64,000 nt of DNA from NCBI GenBank assembly GCA_945874665.1, contig CAMCHJ010000009.1, forward strand, positions 18,112 through 82,111, read 5' to 3'. The stretch is from Chitinophaga pinensis. Its GTDB lineage: Bacteria > Bacteroidota > Bacteroidia > UBA7662. Of this stretch, positions 38,714 to 48,309 are shown piece after piece (the first letter of the stretch is position 1; each line of letters opens with the position of its first letter). The notes below the pieces were generated by a model, which made no database searches, was not told where the DNA came from, and saw only the letters and a list, made by a program, of their open reading frames with translations. Made by a program: the position numbers and the translations under genes.

Positions 38714-41700
38714 TGTTCATTTCGGCCCATTTGTTGGCGGCCAGTTGAAAACTTAATTCGTGTTGCAGGCGCTCCATGCGGATGTTCAAAACAGCATCTA
38801 AGCCCTGCAGATATTCAAAATATTCAATTTCGCCTTGTTCAAAGAGGCGGTTGGCCTGACTCAAAATGGCCGTGGCCCGTGGTAAAGCCACCTCATCGTA
38901 AAAGTCGAGGCGCTCTTGTTGCAGCCGCAACTCGGCTTGCGCTTGCGCTTGTTCATAGCTGAGACGCATGCTGCCTGCTTGCAGGGCCACCTGGGCGCTC
39001 TGCGTTTCATAGCGACTTGCCTTGTAGCTGGCCCTGCGGTCGAAAAAGGCAAGGGGAATGCCTACAGATAGCTGAAGGCCCTGAAAACCTGCTACTTGCT
39101 CAAGTGATTGATTAAAATAGCCCACACCTACGCTAGGACCAAAAGCCGCCGCAGCTACCCGTTGCTGCTGTTGGGTAAAGCCAGCTTGTGCTTGCAAAAG
39201 GCGCAAGCCCGGATGTTGTTTATTGGGAAGGGAAGGTAAATCACTGCTTCTACCAGGCCATACGGCCAATTCGGGTGTGTTGTCTAGCTGCAAGAGCGTT
39301 GCTAATGCCCGCAAAGCCGCCATTTTTTCGGTGCTCAACTGCATGAGCTGCCAACGCAGGTTGTCGTACCGCTGTTGGCTGAGCGACTGAGCGAATAAAC
39401 TGATGTTGCCGGTGCGATAGCGTAGCTGCAAAATGGTGTCGAAACGGGCATAATGTGCCAGTTGCTCGGTTAATAACTGCTCGCGTTGTTGAAAAAAGGC
39501 AGCCTGGAGCCAAGCATCGCGCACCTCCCGCAGCACTTGGTTTTGAAGCTGCGCCAAGCGAGCCCGCTCCATATCAACCTCCATTTTGCGGTATTTATGG
39601 TTGGCAAACATTTCCAAAGGCGCCCCCAGCGGCTGAAAAACGGTAAAATTGCCATCTACCAGCAGGTAATTGATTTGTCCGCGTTGGTACCCAAGCTCCG
39701 TTTCACCCAAAGCAAAGGCCCCAGCCACCCGTACCTTACTGGCCTCCACCCGCAATTGGGCTTGTTGGAGGTCAGGGTGTTTTTGCAAGGCGCGACGCAT
39801 GGCATCGTCTAAACTGAGCGGCGTTTCCGCTTGACCAAACATCGGCCAAAAGCCTACCAAAAACAAAAGTAGTGCTACTCCCTTGGGCTTCATTTTCTTA
39901 AAAAAGCCATCTTCAATCAACAAATACAAAGCGGGCAAAACGAGCAAAGTGAGGAAAGTCGCTGTAATCAAGCCCCCAATCACCACCGTTGCCAGCGGGC
40001 GCTGCACCTCTCCCCCCGCCGAATCGCTCAAGGCCATGGGCAAAAAGCCCAACGAAGCCACGGCAGCGGTCATCAACACTGGTCGCAGTCGCAACTTAGT
40101 GCCTTCTCTTATCCGTTCTTTTACGTCTAACATGCCTTCTTTTTTGAGTGCGTTAAATTGTGCAATAAGTACAATGCCGTTGAGTACCGCCACGCCAAAA
40201 AGGGCAATAAAGCCCACCCCAGCACTGATGCTGAAGGGCAAATCGCGGAGCCAGAGGCCTAAGATGCCACCGATGGCCGACATAGGAATGGCGCTAAAAA
40301 TGAGCAAAGCCTGTACCCAACTGCCAAAAGTGAAAAACAGCAGCACCAAAATGAGGAAGAGCGCTACCGGCACCGCAATGCTGAGGCGCGCACTGGCGGC
40401 TTGGAGGTTTTCGAACTGACCGCCGTAATGGTAAAAATACCCGGCAGGCAGCTTTACTTCGGCATCGAGCCGCGCCCGGATGTCGTCGACCACACTTTGC
40501 ATATCGCGGTTGCGCACATTGATGAGTACATTTACATAGCGCTTGGTGCTTTCGCGGTTGATGAGCATCGGGCCTTCTTCCATGCTGATTTTGGCCACGG
40601 CGCTGATCGGCACCAGGCCGCCGCTGGCAGTGCGCACAGGCAAATTGCCCAGTTTGTCGAGCTCGTTGCGCTTGGCTTGCTGCAGCCGCACCACCAAATC
40701 GTAGCGGGCATCGCCTTCGTAAACGGTGCCCGCGGTGCCGCCAGCATAGGCTGTTTGCAGCTGTTGGTTGAGTTGTTCGATGCTGAGTCCGTAACTAGCC
40801 ATTTTGGCACGGTCCCAGCGCACCATCAGTTGAGGCAAACCTTCGGTGGCTTGCACCAGCACGTCGCCAGCACCTGGAACTTGCTGTACCACGGCCGCTA
40901 CGCGTTCAGCTTGGTCGGCTAAAACTTCCAGGTCTTCCCCGTAGATTTGCACAGCAATGTCGCTTTTTACGCCCGTCAGCAATTCGTTAAACCGCAGTTG
41001 AATGGGCTGTGTAAATTCAAAACTCACTCCAGGCAGTACTTCAAGCGCCTCTTTCATCTGCGAAGCGAGCTCATCGCGGTTGGTCGCCGACACCCACTCC
41101 TCTTTGGGCTTCAACAAAATCATAACGTCGGCATCCTCCACAGCCATGGGATCAGTGGGAATTTCAGCAGTGCCTATTTTACTCACCACCGCCTTTACTT
41201 CAGGGAAATTGGCGAGTAAAATCGTCTCGGCACGGGTGCTCATCGCCTTGCTTTCTTCAAGCGAACTGCCCGGCGTAACGGCCATCTGCATGGCTAAGTC
41301 ACCTTCTTCGAGGTTGGGAATAAAAACGGCACCCAAGCGGGTAAAGAGTAACAAACTGCCCACAAAAACCAGCACCGCACTGCCCACCACCCGGCCTGGA
41401 TGCGCCAGTGCCAGGCGACTGATTGGCTGGTACCAGCGCTGAAACATAGCCATGAGCTTATCGCTGAAATTAGGTTTGAGTTGCCGCGTGCGACTCAAAA
41501 ACAGGGCACTCATCATGGGCACGTAGGTCAGCGATAAAATCAAGGCACCCAAAATGGCAAAACTCACCGTGAGCGCCATGGGCTTAAACATCTTGCCCTC
41601 TACCCCAACCAGGGCCAAAATGGGCAAATACACGATTAAAATGATGATTTCACCAAAGGCTGCGGAGCTGCGGATTTTCACTGAGGCATCCAGTACCAGT

Positions 41701-43004
41701 CCGTCCATCTCCTGCCGCGTAAGCTTGCGATCGGTATGCCGCAGGTGCAATCGGTGCACGATGCTTTCTACAATGATCACCGCACCGTCTACAATCAATC
41801 CAAAATCAATGGCTCCTAAGCTCATCAGATTGGCCGACACTCCAAAAACGCGCATCATGCTCAAGGCAAAGAGCATGGCGAGGGGTATCACGGAGGCGAC
41901 CACCAAACCCGCACGCAAATTGCCCATGAGCAAAATGAGTATAAATATCACGATCAGTCCACCCTCTATGAGGTTAGTGCTCACCGTGCCAATGACCTTG
42001 CCCACAAGATCGGAGCGGTCTAAAAACGGCACCAAGATAACGCCTTCGGGCAACGACTCCTGGATTTCGGTCACCCGCGCATGCACCGCCTTCATGGTTT
42101 CACTGGCGTTGGCGCCTTTGAGAATCAGCACAATGCCTCCCACGGCTTCACCTTGACCGTCTTTGGTCATGGCACCATAGCGAATGGCCTGTCCAAAGCC
42201 CACCTTCGCCACCTGCCGCAGCTTGATTGGCATGCCTTCGCGAAAGCCCACCACCACCTCGTTGAGCTGCTCGGGTTCAGTGAGCAAGCCTTCGGAACGG
42301 ATGTAATAAGCACTTGGTCCTTTTTCAATATAACTGCCCCCTGCATTAGCGTTGCTCTGTTGCACTGCCACAAAAACATCCTGCACGGTAAGGTTAAAAC
42401 TGCGCAGTTGCTCGGCATCCACCGCCACCTCGTATTGTTTAAGGTGGCCGCCAAAGCTGCTCACATCCACCACGCCAGCAACACCGGCCATGCGGCGTTT
42501 TACTTGCCAATCCTGAATCGACCGCAAGGCCATGGCGTCGTATTTGCTTTCGTAGCCGGGCGTTACTTCGAGGGTGTATTGGTAAATTTCGCCCAAACCA
42601 GTGGTAATGGGCATCATATACGGCAGTCCCACTTTAGCATCCATCTCGCCTTGCAAAACGGCTAACTTTTCGCCCACCAATTGGCGCGATTCCAAAGTAG
42701 GTACACCCTCATCGAAAATAATGGTGACCACGCTGAGGCCGTAGCGCGAAATGCTCCGCACCTTGCTCACCCCTGGCAAATTGGCCATGGCAATTTCAAC
42801 AGGATAGGTGATAAACCGCTCCACCTCTTGGGGAGCGAGGGCGGGCGAAACCGTTACCACCTGCACCTGGTTGTTGGTGATGTCGGGTACTGCATCGAGC
42901 GGCAAATGGGCGGCAGAGTACACCCCCCAGGCGGCTAGCAAGGCCACCAAAAGTCCCACAACAAATTTGTTGTGGATGCTAAATTTGATAATTGAATCGA
43001 TCAT
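38697..43004 (-). CDS. czcA: CusA/CzcA heavy-metal efflux RND permease fused to C-terminal TolC-like outer-membrane domain
   Basis: LDAVPDIT; GAIDFGLIVDGAV; RLRPVLMTA; then about 400 aa of OEP-like helical domain. Confidence 0.95.
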   Translation of the reverse strand: MIDSIIKFSIHNKFVVGLLVALLAAWGVYSAAHLPLDAVPDITNNQVQVVTVSPALAPQEVERFITYPVEIAMANLPGVSKVRSISRYGLSVVTIIFDEGVPTLESRQLVGEKLAVLQGEMDAKVGLPYMMPITTGLGEIYQYTLEVTPGYESKYDAMALRSIQDWQVKRRMAGVAGVVDVSSFGGHLKQYEVAVDAEQLRSFNLTVQDVFVAVQQSNANAGGSYIEKGPSAYYIRSEGLLTEPEQLNEVVVGFREGMPIKLRQVAKVGFGQAIRYGAMTKDGQGEAVGGIVLILKGANASETMKAVHARVTEIQESLPEGVILVPFLDRSDLVGKVIGTVSTNLIEGGLIVIFILILLMGNLRAGLVVASVIPLAMLFALSMMRVFGVSANLMSLGAIDFGLIVDGAVIIVESIVHRLHLRHTDRKLTRQEMDGLVLDASVKIRSSAAFGEIIILIVYLPILALVGVEGKMFKPMALTVSFAILGALILSLTYVPMMSALFLSRTRQLKPNFSDKLMAMFQRWYQPISRLALAHPGRVVGSAVLVFVGSLLLFTRLGAVFIPNLEEGDLAMQMAVTPGSSLEESKAMSTRAETILLANFPEVKAVVSKIGTAEIPTDPMAVEDADVMILLKPKEEWVSATNRDELASQMKEALEVLPGVSFEFTQPIQLRFNELLTGVKSDIAVQIYGEDLEVLADQAERVAAVVQQVPGAGDVLVQATEGLPQLMVRWDRAKMASYGLSIEQLNQQLQTAYAGGTAGTVYEGDARYDLVVRLQQAKRNELDKLGNLPVRTASGGLVPISAVAKISMEEGPMLINRESTKRYVNVLINVRNRDMQSVVDDIRARLDAEVKLPAGYFYHYGGQFENLQAASARLSIAVPVALFLILVLLFFTFGSWVQALLIFSAIPMSAIGGILGLWLRDLPFSISAGVGFIALFGVAVLNGIVLIAQFNALKKEGMLDVKERIREGTKLRLRPVLMTAAVASLGFLPMALSDSAGGEVQRPLATVVIGGLITATFLTLLVLPALYLLIEDGFFKKMKPKGVALLLFLVGFWPMFGQAETPLSLDDAMRRALQKHPDLQQAQLRVEASKVRVAGAFALGETELGYQRGQINYLLVDGNFTVFQPLGAPLEMFANHKYRKMEVDMERARLAQLQNQVLREVRDAWLQAAFFQQREQLLTEQLAHYARFDTILQLRYRTGNISLFAQSLSQQRYDNLRWQLMQLSTEKMAALRALATLLQLDNTPELAVWPGRSSDLPSLPNKQHPGLRLLQAQAGFTQQQQRVAAAAFGPSVGVGYFNQSLEQVAGFQGLQLSVGIPLAFFDRRASYKASRYETQSAQVALQAGSMRLSYEQAQAQAELRLQQERLDFYDEVALPRATAILSQANRLFEQGEIEYFEYLQGLDAVLNIRMERLQHELSFQLAANKWAEMNNAYGY

Positions 43005-43073
43005 AGTGCTTTATTACGCATAAATCCATAGAAGCGAGGCAAAGCCATGGGCCTGCCAAAAAGCGCAAGGCGC

Positions 43074-43436
43074 TTAGCAGCTCGGTGGACCGCGCAACTG
43101 GTGTGCGTAGCAGACTGTAGGTTGCCTGACAGGAATGTGATGCGAAAGTGATGTAAATGCAGGAGGCAAAGCCAATGCCACTGCGGTAAAGGCAGGAAGG
43201 GCTATTTGCTGGAGATCCAGATGCTCCTCACTGTCCGATAATTGGCGGAAATGTTCGAGGTGCTCGGCGCCTTGGTCGAGACTAAAAACTAAACTCAACC
43301 AGCCCAAATCGGCGCTTTCGGCGTGGCCTATGCTCACTTCCTCCACTGGCGCTTCATGCAGGTGGGGCACCAATTGATGACCGAGCAGCAGCAGCAGCGA
43401 TAAAAGCAAAGGAAACACACGGAGCGTCTTTTTCAC
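43074..43436 (-). CDS. Small His-containing secreted/periplasmic protein (metal-operon leader type)
   Basis: LLGHQLVPHLHE...HLEHF...LRGPP C-terminus, typical of small genes heading Bacteroidota czc operons. Confidence 0.7.
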   Translation of the reverse strand: MKKTLRVFPLLLSLLLLLGHQLVPHLHEAPVEEVSIGHAESADLGWLSLVFSLDQGAEHLEHFRQLSDSEEHLDLQQIALPAFTAVALALPPAFTSLSHHIPVRQPTVCYAHQLRGPPSC

Positions 43437-43502
43437 ATGACGAAAATAGGTAGTAAAATTGAAAATACCTAAAGAATCAGACTGTTGCGCAGCAAACAGG
43501 CC

Positions 43503-43973
43503 TTATTTGCAATCCTGAATTGACTCCAAAAAATCTAACGCCAAATGCTTCGTGGCATTTTTGGGAACGGCTATGATTTGCACGGGGTGACTGATTACCG
43601 AAGTAGTATTGCAATTTGGGCCCGGTTGCAGCAGGCGCGCCCGCACCACGAGTTCCCGTTTTTTCTGCAAGATTTTGGTTACATGAAAGCGATTACCACC
43701 CGTTTTGCGAATGCCGCCATACACCACTATCAATGTATGTTCTGGTAAATAAGCCGTTAAATCGGGATTGCCAAGGCGCGGCGTAAGTTGCAAAGCCGCT
43801 AAAACCCCCTTTAAACGCTCCTCGGAATTGATGATGTAAGCGTTCGGGCCTTGCTGGGGATGAGCGCCATCGTAACGCACTTGGATGTTCTCAAAAACAA
43901 TCATTTGCCCCTTTTGGGAAGCGCATCCCAAGGTGGCAAAAGCAAGCAAAAACAAACACAAGATGTTTTTCAC
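43503..43973 (-). CDS. PrcB C-terminal domain lipoprotein
   Basis: Lipobox TLG-C; YGGIRKTGGNRFHV...PGPNCNTTSVISHPVQII. Confidence 0.8.
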   Translation of the reverse strand: MKNILCLFLLAFATLGCASQKGQMIVFENIQVRYDGAHPQQGPNAYIINSEERLKGVLAALQLTPRLGNPDLTAYLPEHTLIVVYGGIRKTGGNRFHVTKILQKKRELVVRARLLQPGPNCNTTSVISHPVQIIAVPKNATKHLALDFLESIQDCK

Positions 43974-44028
43974 ACTGTAAATCTAACATTTTAAACAATT
44001 CACTTCCAAATACTTACACAAATACACC

Positions 44029-44508
44029 TTATCGGCAAGGTTTGGAGACCAAGGGCATCGTTAGCTTCACATCCTGACTAGCCATTTTTTGAATCGCAAT
44101 GAGCTGAGCGGGGTAGGTTATGGCATCCCCCATGAGGCAACCTTCGCCTGGGCTATGCAACTCCGCCAGCACCTCCAGCTTCCCTTTAACGAGAGATACA
44201 GACTTCAGATCAACTTTGTAACCTGTGGTTCGTTGCATACCGCCGTAAATAAGTAGAAGGCTGTTTTTTTCATAAAAAAAACTATAGTCCACTTCATTTA
44301 TCGGCTGCATTTCAAGTTTTTTCAGCACTTGCTGCATGTCCATTTCGCTGTTGATCAGATAGCTATTTGGACCGTTTTCGTTGTACATAGACTGAAAATC
44401 AACTGGCAAATACTCAAAGCTGAGCAGCTTCGGCTTGTTAGACGCACAAGACATAAATAATGCCGTTGAAAACAAGAGGGCTGAAAAAAGTTTCATAAAA
44501 CGCTTCAT
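44029..44508 (-). CDS. PrcB C-terminal domain lipoprotein (paralog)
   Basis: Lipobox FMS-C; YGGMQRTTGYKV...PGEGCLMGDAITYPAQLI. Start taken at MKRFMK. Confidence 0.8.
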   Translation of the reverse strand: MKRFMKLFSALLFSTALFMSCASNKPKLLSFEYLPVDFQSMYNENGPNSYLINSEMDMQQVLKKLEMQPINEVDYSFFYEKNSLLLIYGGMQRTTGYKVDLKSVSLVKGKLEVLAELHSPGEGCLMGDAITYPAQLIAIQKMASQDVKLTMPLVSKPCR

Positions 44509-44649
44509 AAGGTAAGCTTTAAGCAGCCATAAGCGCTGCAAAACGAATATGCGTAAAAAAAACCAGCTTACAAAACCGCATCTCACCACCAAAACATCCT
44601 GGCCTTAACGTGCAGATACCTGCTACACTATCTATCGCAAATAAGCCTA

Positions 44650-45783
44650 TTAAACCGCCTGCGCAGCCAAAGTGCGCTCATACAAAGCCTCGTACAAAGG
44701 CAAAATATTGTGCAGCTCAAATTGCTTGGCCTGTTGTAAAGCGTTTCTGCGGAAAAAAGCTAAGCGTTCATCACTTTCTAAAATCTGCACGCTGTAGTCG
44801 ACCATCGCCGCAACGTCACCAAAATCAGCTAAAAAGCCAGTTTCACCATGGATGTTCACCTCTGGCAACCCGCCGGCATTGCTGCTCACCACGGGCACCT
44901 GACAAGCAAAGGCCTCGAGGGCAGCTAGTCCAAAACTTTCAGTTTCCGACGGCATCAAAAACAAATCTGAAATCGATAAAATTTCTTCAATGGCCTCTTG
45001 TTTGCCAAGAAAACGAATTTCATCGCACAGGCCTAGTTCGCGGCATTGCTGCTCGGCTTTTTGGCGCTCGGGACCATCGCCCACCAACAATAATTTGGCG
45101 GGAAGGCGGTCTTGAATACCTTTAAACACCTCAATCACATGATCTACCCGCTTTACTTTGCGGAAGTTTGATACGTGGGTAACGATGCGTTCGCCATTCG
45201 GGGCGATGGCCATTTTAAAATGGCTTTTCGATTTATGTGAGAAGCGATTGAGGTCGATGAAGTTGGGAATTACCTCAATTTCTCGGTTTACGTGGAAGTG
45301 CTTGTAGGTATCGGCCTTCAAAAATTCGGAAACTGCTGTAACTGCGTCGCTTTGGTTGATGGCAAAGCTTACCACAGGCTCATAGGTGGGGTCTTTGCCC
45401 ACCAGGGTTACGTCGGTGCCGTGCAAAGTAGTAACTACTGCTACGCGGATGCCTTGGGAAGCCAATATTTGCTGTGCCAAATTGGCGGCGGTGGCATGGG
45501 GAATGGCGTAATGCACGTGCAAAACATCCAGTTTTTCGTATTTCACCACATCTACAAGCTTGCCTGTGAGCGCCAAAACGTAAGGCGAATGCTCAAAAAG
45601 CGGGTAATGCACCATGGCTACCTCATGGTAAAAGATGTTTTCCATGAAAATATCCAGCCGTGCGGGCTGCGTATAGCTGATAAAATGCACTTTATGCCCC
45701 CTGGCAGCCAGTCCTTTACCCAATTCAGTGGCCACTACACCACTGCCCCCATAGGTGGGATAACATACAATTCCAATATTCAT
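44650..45783 (-). CDS. bshA: N-acetyl-alpha-D-glucosaminyl L-malate synthase
   Basis: CYPTYGGSGVVATELG; HVHYAIPHA; TTLHGTD; SETESFGLAALEA. Confidence 0.96.
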   Translation of the reverse strand: MNIGIVCYPTYGGSGVVATELGKGLAARGHKVHFISYTQPARLDIFMENIFYHEVAMVHYPLFEHSPYVLALTGKLVDVVKYEKLDVLHVHYAIPHATAANLAQQILASQGIRVAVVTTLHGTDVTLVGKDPTYEPVVSFAINQSDAVTAVSEFLKADTYKHFHVNREIEVIPNFIDLNRFSHKSKSHFKMAIAPNGERIVTHVSNFRKVKRVDHVIEVFKGIQDRLPAKLLLVGDGPERQKAEQQCRELGLCDEIRFLGKQEAIEEILSISDLFLMPSETESFGLAALEAFACQVPVVSSNAGGLPEVNIHGETGFLADFGDVAAMVDYSVQILESDERLAFFRRNALQQAKQFELHNILPLYEALYERTLAAQAV

Positions 45784-45998
45784 GTGTGTGCGAAGCTAAG
45801 AATTACATAACAGCGAAACAGCAGAAAAGTGGCATTTACAAAAAAATAAAGCTGCGGTAGGCTGCGGCGAACTCGTTTTGAGGCCGACATCGAACCATTT
45901 AAAGTATACACCACCCTCTATTGGTCTGTAACCGTTAACAAACGTTTTCAAACGTTTAACTCCCGACTCTTTGGCACATTTAGTTGGAGTATTGAAGG

Positions 45999-46931
45999 AT
46001 GGCACAGCAGCATCATTCTGAACGCACCCTCATCAGTTTTGACTGGGCATTGAAGCGTTTGCTTCGGAACAAGGCGAACTTTGTAATTCTTGAAGGCTTT
46101 TTAACGGAATTGTTGTATCAAGACATTCAGATTGTGAATCTCTTGGAATCGGAAGGCAATGCGGATGCAGAAGAACAGAAAATAAATCGCGTAGATTTAT
46201 TGTGCTTAAACCACTTACAAGAGCTCGTGATTATTGAGGTGCAATACCACGACGAGGTAGATTACTTTCAGCGCATCTTATTCGGCGCTTCAAAGCTCAT
46301 TACCGACTACCTCGAACGGGGTGCCAAATACGGGGAAGTACGCAAGGTATATTCGGTGCATATCCTTTACTTTGACCTTGGCCAAGGCAGCGACTACGTT
46401 TATCATGGGCAACTCGCATTTAAAGGCCAGCACAAGCAAGACATCCTCGCCTTGAGCAAGTTACAGCGCAAAAAATATGGAAAAATGCTCGCGGGAGAGC
46501 TGTTTCCGGAGTATTATTTACTAAAAATCAATAACTTTGATGAAGTAGCGCGCAACACGCTCGACGAATGGATTTATTACCTCAAAACGAGCACCTTGCC
46601 CAAAACCTACCGGGCTAAGGGTCTTGCCGAAGTTGCTGAACAGTTAAAAATCGACGATATGTCACCCGAAACCAAAGCCAAATACCTCGAACTCATCAAA
46701 GGCACCAATATCACCGAGTCGATGATTGAGACTGCTTATGAAAACGGCGCTTTGGAGGGGGAAGAGAAGGGAATGACGAAAGGAATGGTAAAAGGGCAAG
46801 ACGATCAAATTCGAACAACTGTATTAGAATCCTATGAAAATGGCCTTGATATCCAGTTGATTGCAAAAATAACAAAAAGACCAATGGATGAGGTCAAATC
46901 GATTTTAATCGAAAATGGCCGCATTAATTAA
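45999..46931 (+). CDS. Rpn family recombination-promoting nuclease / PD-(D/E)XK nuclease family (putative transposase)
   Basis: ISFDWALKRLL; NRVDLL; VIIEVQ; LDEWIYYLK; tail GxEKG-like repeats and GLDIQLIAKIT. Confidence 0.9.
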   Translation: MAQQHHSERTLISFDWALKRLLRNKANFVILEGFLTELLYQDIQIVNLLESEGNADAEEQKINRVDLLCLNHLQELVIIEVQYHDEVDYFQRILFGASKLITDYLERGAKYGEVRKVYSVHILYFDLGQGSDYVYHGQLAFKGQHKQDILALSKLQRKKYGKMLAGELFPEYYLLKINNFDEVARNTLDEWIYYLKTSTLPKTYRAKGLAEVAEQLKIDDMSPETKAKYLELIKGTNITESMIETAYENGALEGEEKGMTKGMVKGQDDQIRTTVLESYENGLDIQLIAKITKRPMDEVKSILIENGRIN

Positions 46932-47054
46932 GAAGAGATGTCACCCGAAATCAAAGCCAAATTACACGAACTCATCAAAGGCACCAACATCACCGAGTCG
47001 ATGATTGAGACTACTTACGAAAACGGCTATATGGAAGGGGAAGAAAGGGGAATT
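46659..47054 (+). repeat. Direct repeat of 117 nt (46659-46775 and 46938-47054), 14 mismatches
   Basis: Manual alignment starting ATGTCACCCGAAA in both copies; about 88% identity. Confidence 0.95.
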
Positions 47055-47081
47055 GGAAAAAGGAATACAAAAAGGGTTTGA
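46938..47081 (+). CDS. Stand-alone duplicate of Rpn C-terminal tail (47 aa, possibly frameshifted)
   Basis: MSPEIKAKLHELIKGTNITESMIETTYENGYMEGEERGIGKRNTKRV*; starts 6 nt after the rpn stop. Confidence 0.55.
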   Translation: MSPEIKAKLHELIKGTNITESMIETTYENGYMEGEERGIGKRNTKRV

Positions 47082-47199
47082 AATAGACCAACTGACGGCT
47101 CAAGTAATTATCATTTAATTCCTTTATTCCGCGAACGCTTCGAGAAGTTTTACTAGAATACCTTATTTTGCAATGACCAAAAGTCAGCGTTGAATTTAA

Positions 47200-48309
47200 A
47201 TGGATAAGGAAGTATTCGCCAATATCAGCAAAATCATAGAGCGCGACAGTAAGTCGACCACCTACAAATTTGCACTTTTACGTGGGGTGATTGACATTAT
47301 TGAAGACAACTCCCCTTACATAACCCAAGTAAGTGGCCGTGTTCAGATACCAACTGGCTTGCTGATAGAAAAATGGCTGATTTATTATTATCCAATCTTG
47401 CAGTCTGAGGCATCGATACCACAAATTAATGGCGATGTAAACCTGGCCTTTGGCCTTCAACTGAAAGGAATAATCAACAAATATGAATTAAGAGGTGGCT
47501 TCTCTGCCTTTTACAACGATTTGAAAAGTAAAGGCATCCCGAATGACCTCCACAGCGACTTTTTTGAACTCATCAAAAAAATCCGTGACACCATTACCAA
47601 AATGCCGATGAAGTATATCGGCCGGTCGATCAGCAACGACTTTTATTCTATTTTCGACTATGAAAACCCGAGAATGACCCCGCCAGTCCATTTGAACATC
47701 GAATACCTCATTCAGCAAGGTGGCACATTCAGCATCCCGCTCGAATATTTTGAAGCCTTTAAAGTTTTTGGAAGTTTTATAAATGGTCAAAACTCCATCC
47801 TCTTCAAATGGGCTCAGTTTTCGGTGAATGCCTCAGGCCAACATTTGGCAATCGAAAACGTGATTAATGAGGTACTTAAGAGTCCAATTACCGCCCGTAA
47901 CATCGACGAATCGAAAAGGATTTATCGAGATATTTTGAAGCAAGAGGGCAAGGTGCATTGCGTTTGGACTGGCAAGCAGCTTTTCAACTATGACATTGAC
48001 CACGTTATTCCTTTTTCCGTTTGGAAAAACAATGATCTGTGGAATTTACTTCCGTCCGATGCCAAGATCAATAACCAAAAACGGGATAGGATTCCATCAC
48101 CTGCGTTGATTGAAAAGCAAAAAGACTTGATTTTAAATTACTGGCAAATCATCCAGGAAAGTCAAGACCAACGGTTTCAGCGCGAAATGCAGGTGGCTTT
48201 ACTCGGTAATCGTGCCTTTTCTTCTTGGAAAGAATCGGGCTTAACCCAGCTTCAAAGCAGCTGCCATTATTTAATCGAAAACCGGGGATTTGAAGCATGG
48301 AGCATTTGA
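47200..48309 (+). CDS. HNH endonuclease domain protein
   Basis: N-terminal KSTTYKFALLRG; C-terminal CVWTG...DIDHVIPFS...DLWNLLP...NNQKRD. Confidence 0.85.
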   Translation: MDKEVFANISKIIERDSKSTTYKFALLRGVIDIIEDNSPYITQVSGRVQIPTGLLIEKWLIYYYPILQSEASIPQINGDVNLAFGLQLKGIINKYELRGGFSAFYNDLKSKGIPNDLHSDFFELIKKIRDTITKMPMKYIGRSISNDFYSIFDYENPRMTPPVHLNIEYLIQQGGTFSIPLEYFEAFKVFGSFINGQNSILFKWAQFSVNASGQHLAIENVINEVLKSPITARNIDESKRIYRDILKQEGKVHCVWTGKQLFNYDIDHVIPFSVWKNNDLWNLLPSDAKINNQKRDRIPSPALIEKQKDLILNYWQIIQESQDQRFQREMQVALLGNRAFSSWKESGLTQLQSSCHYLIENRGFEAWSI

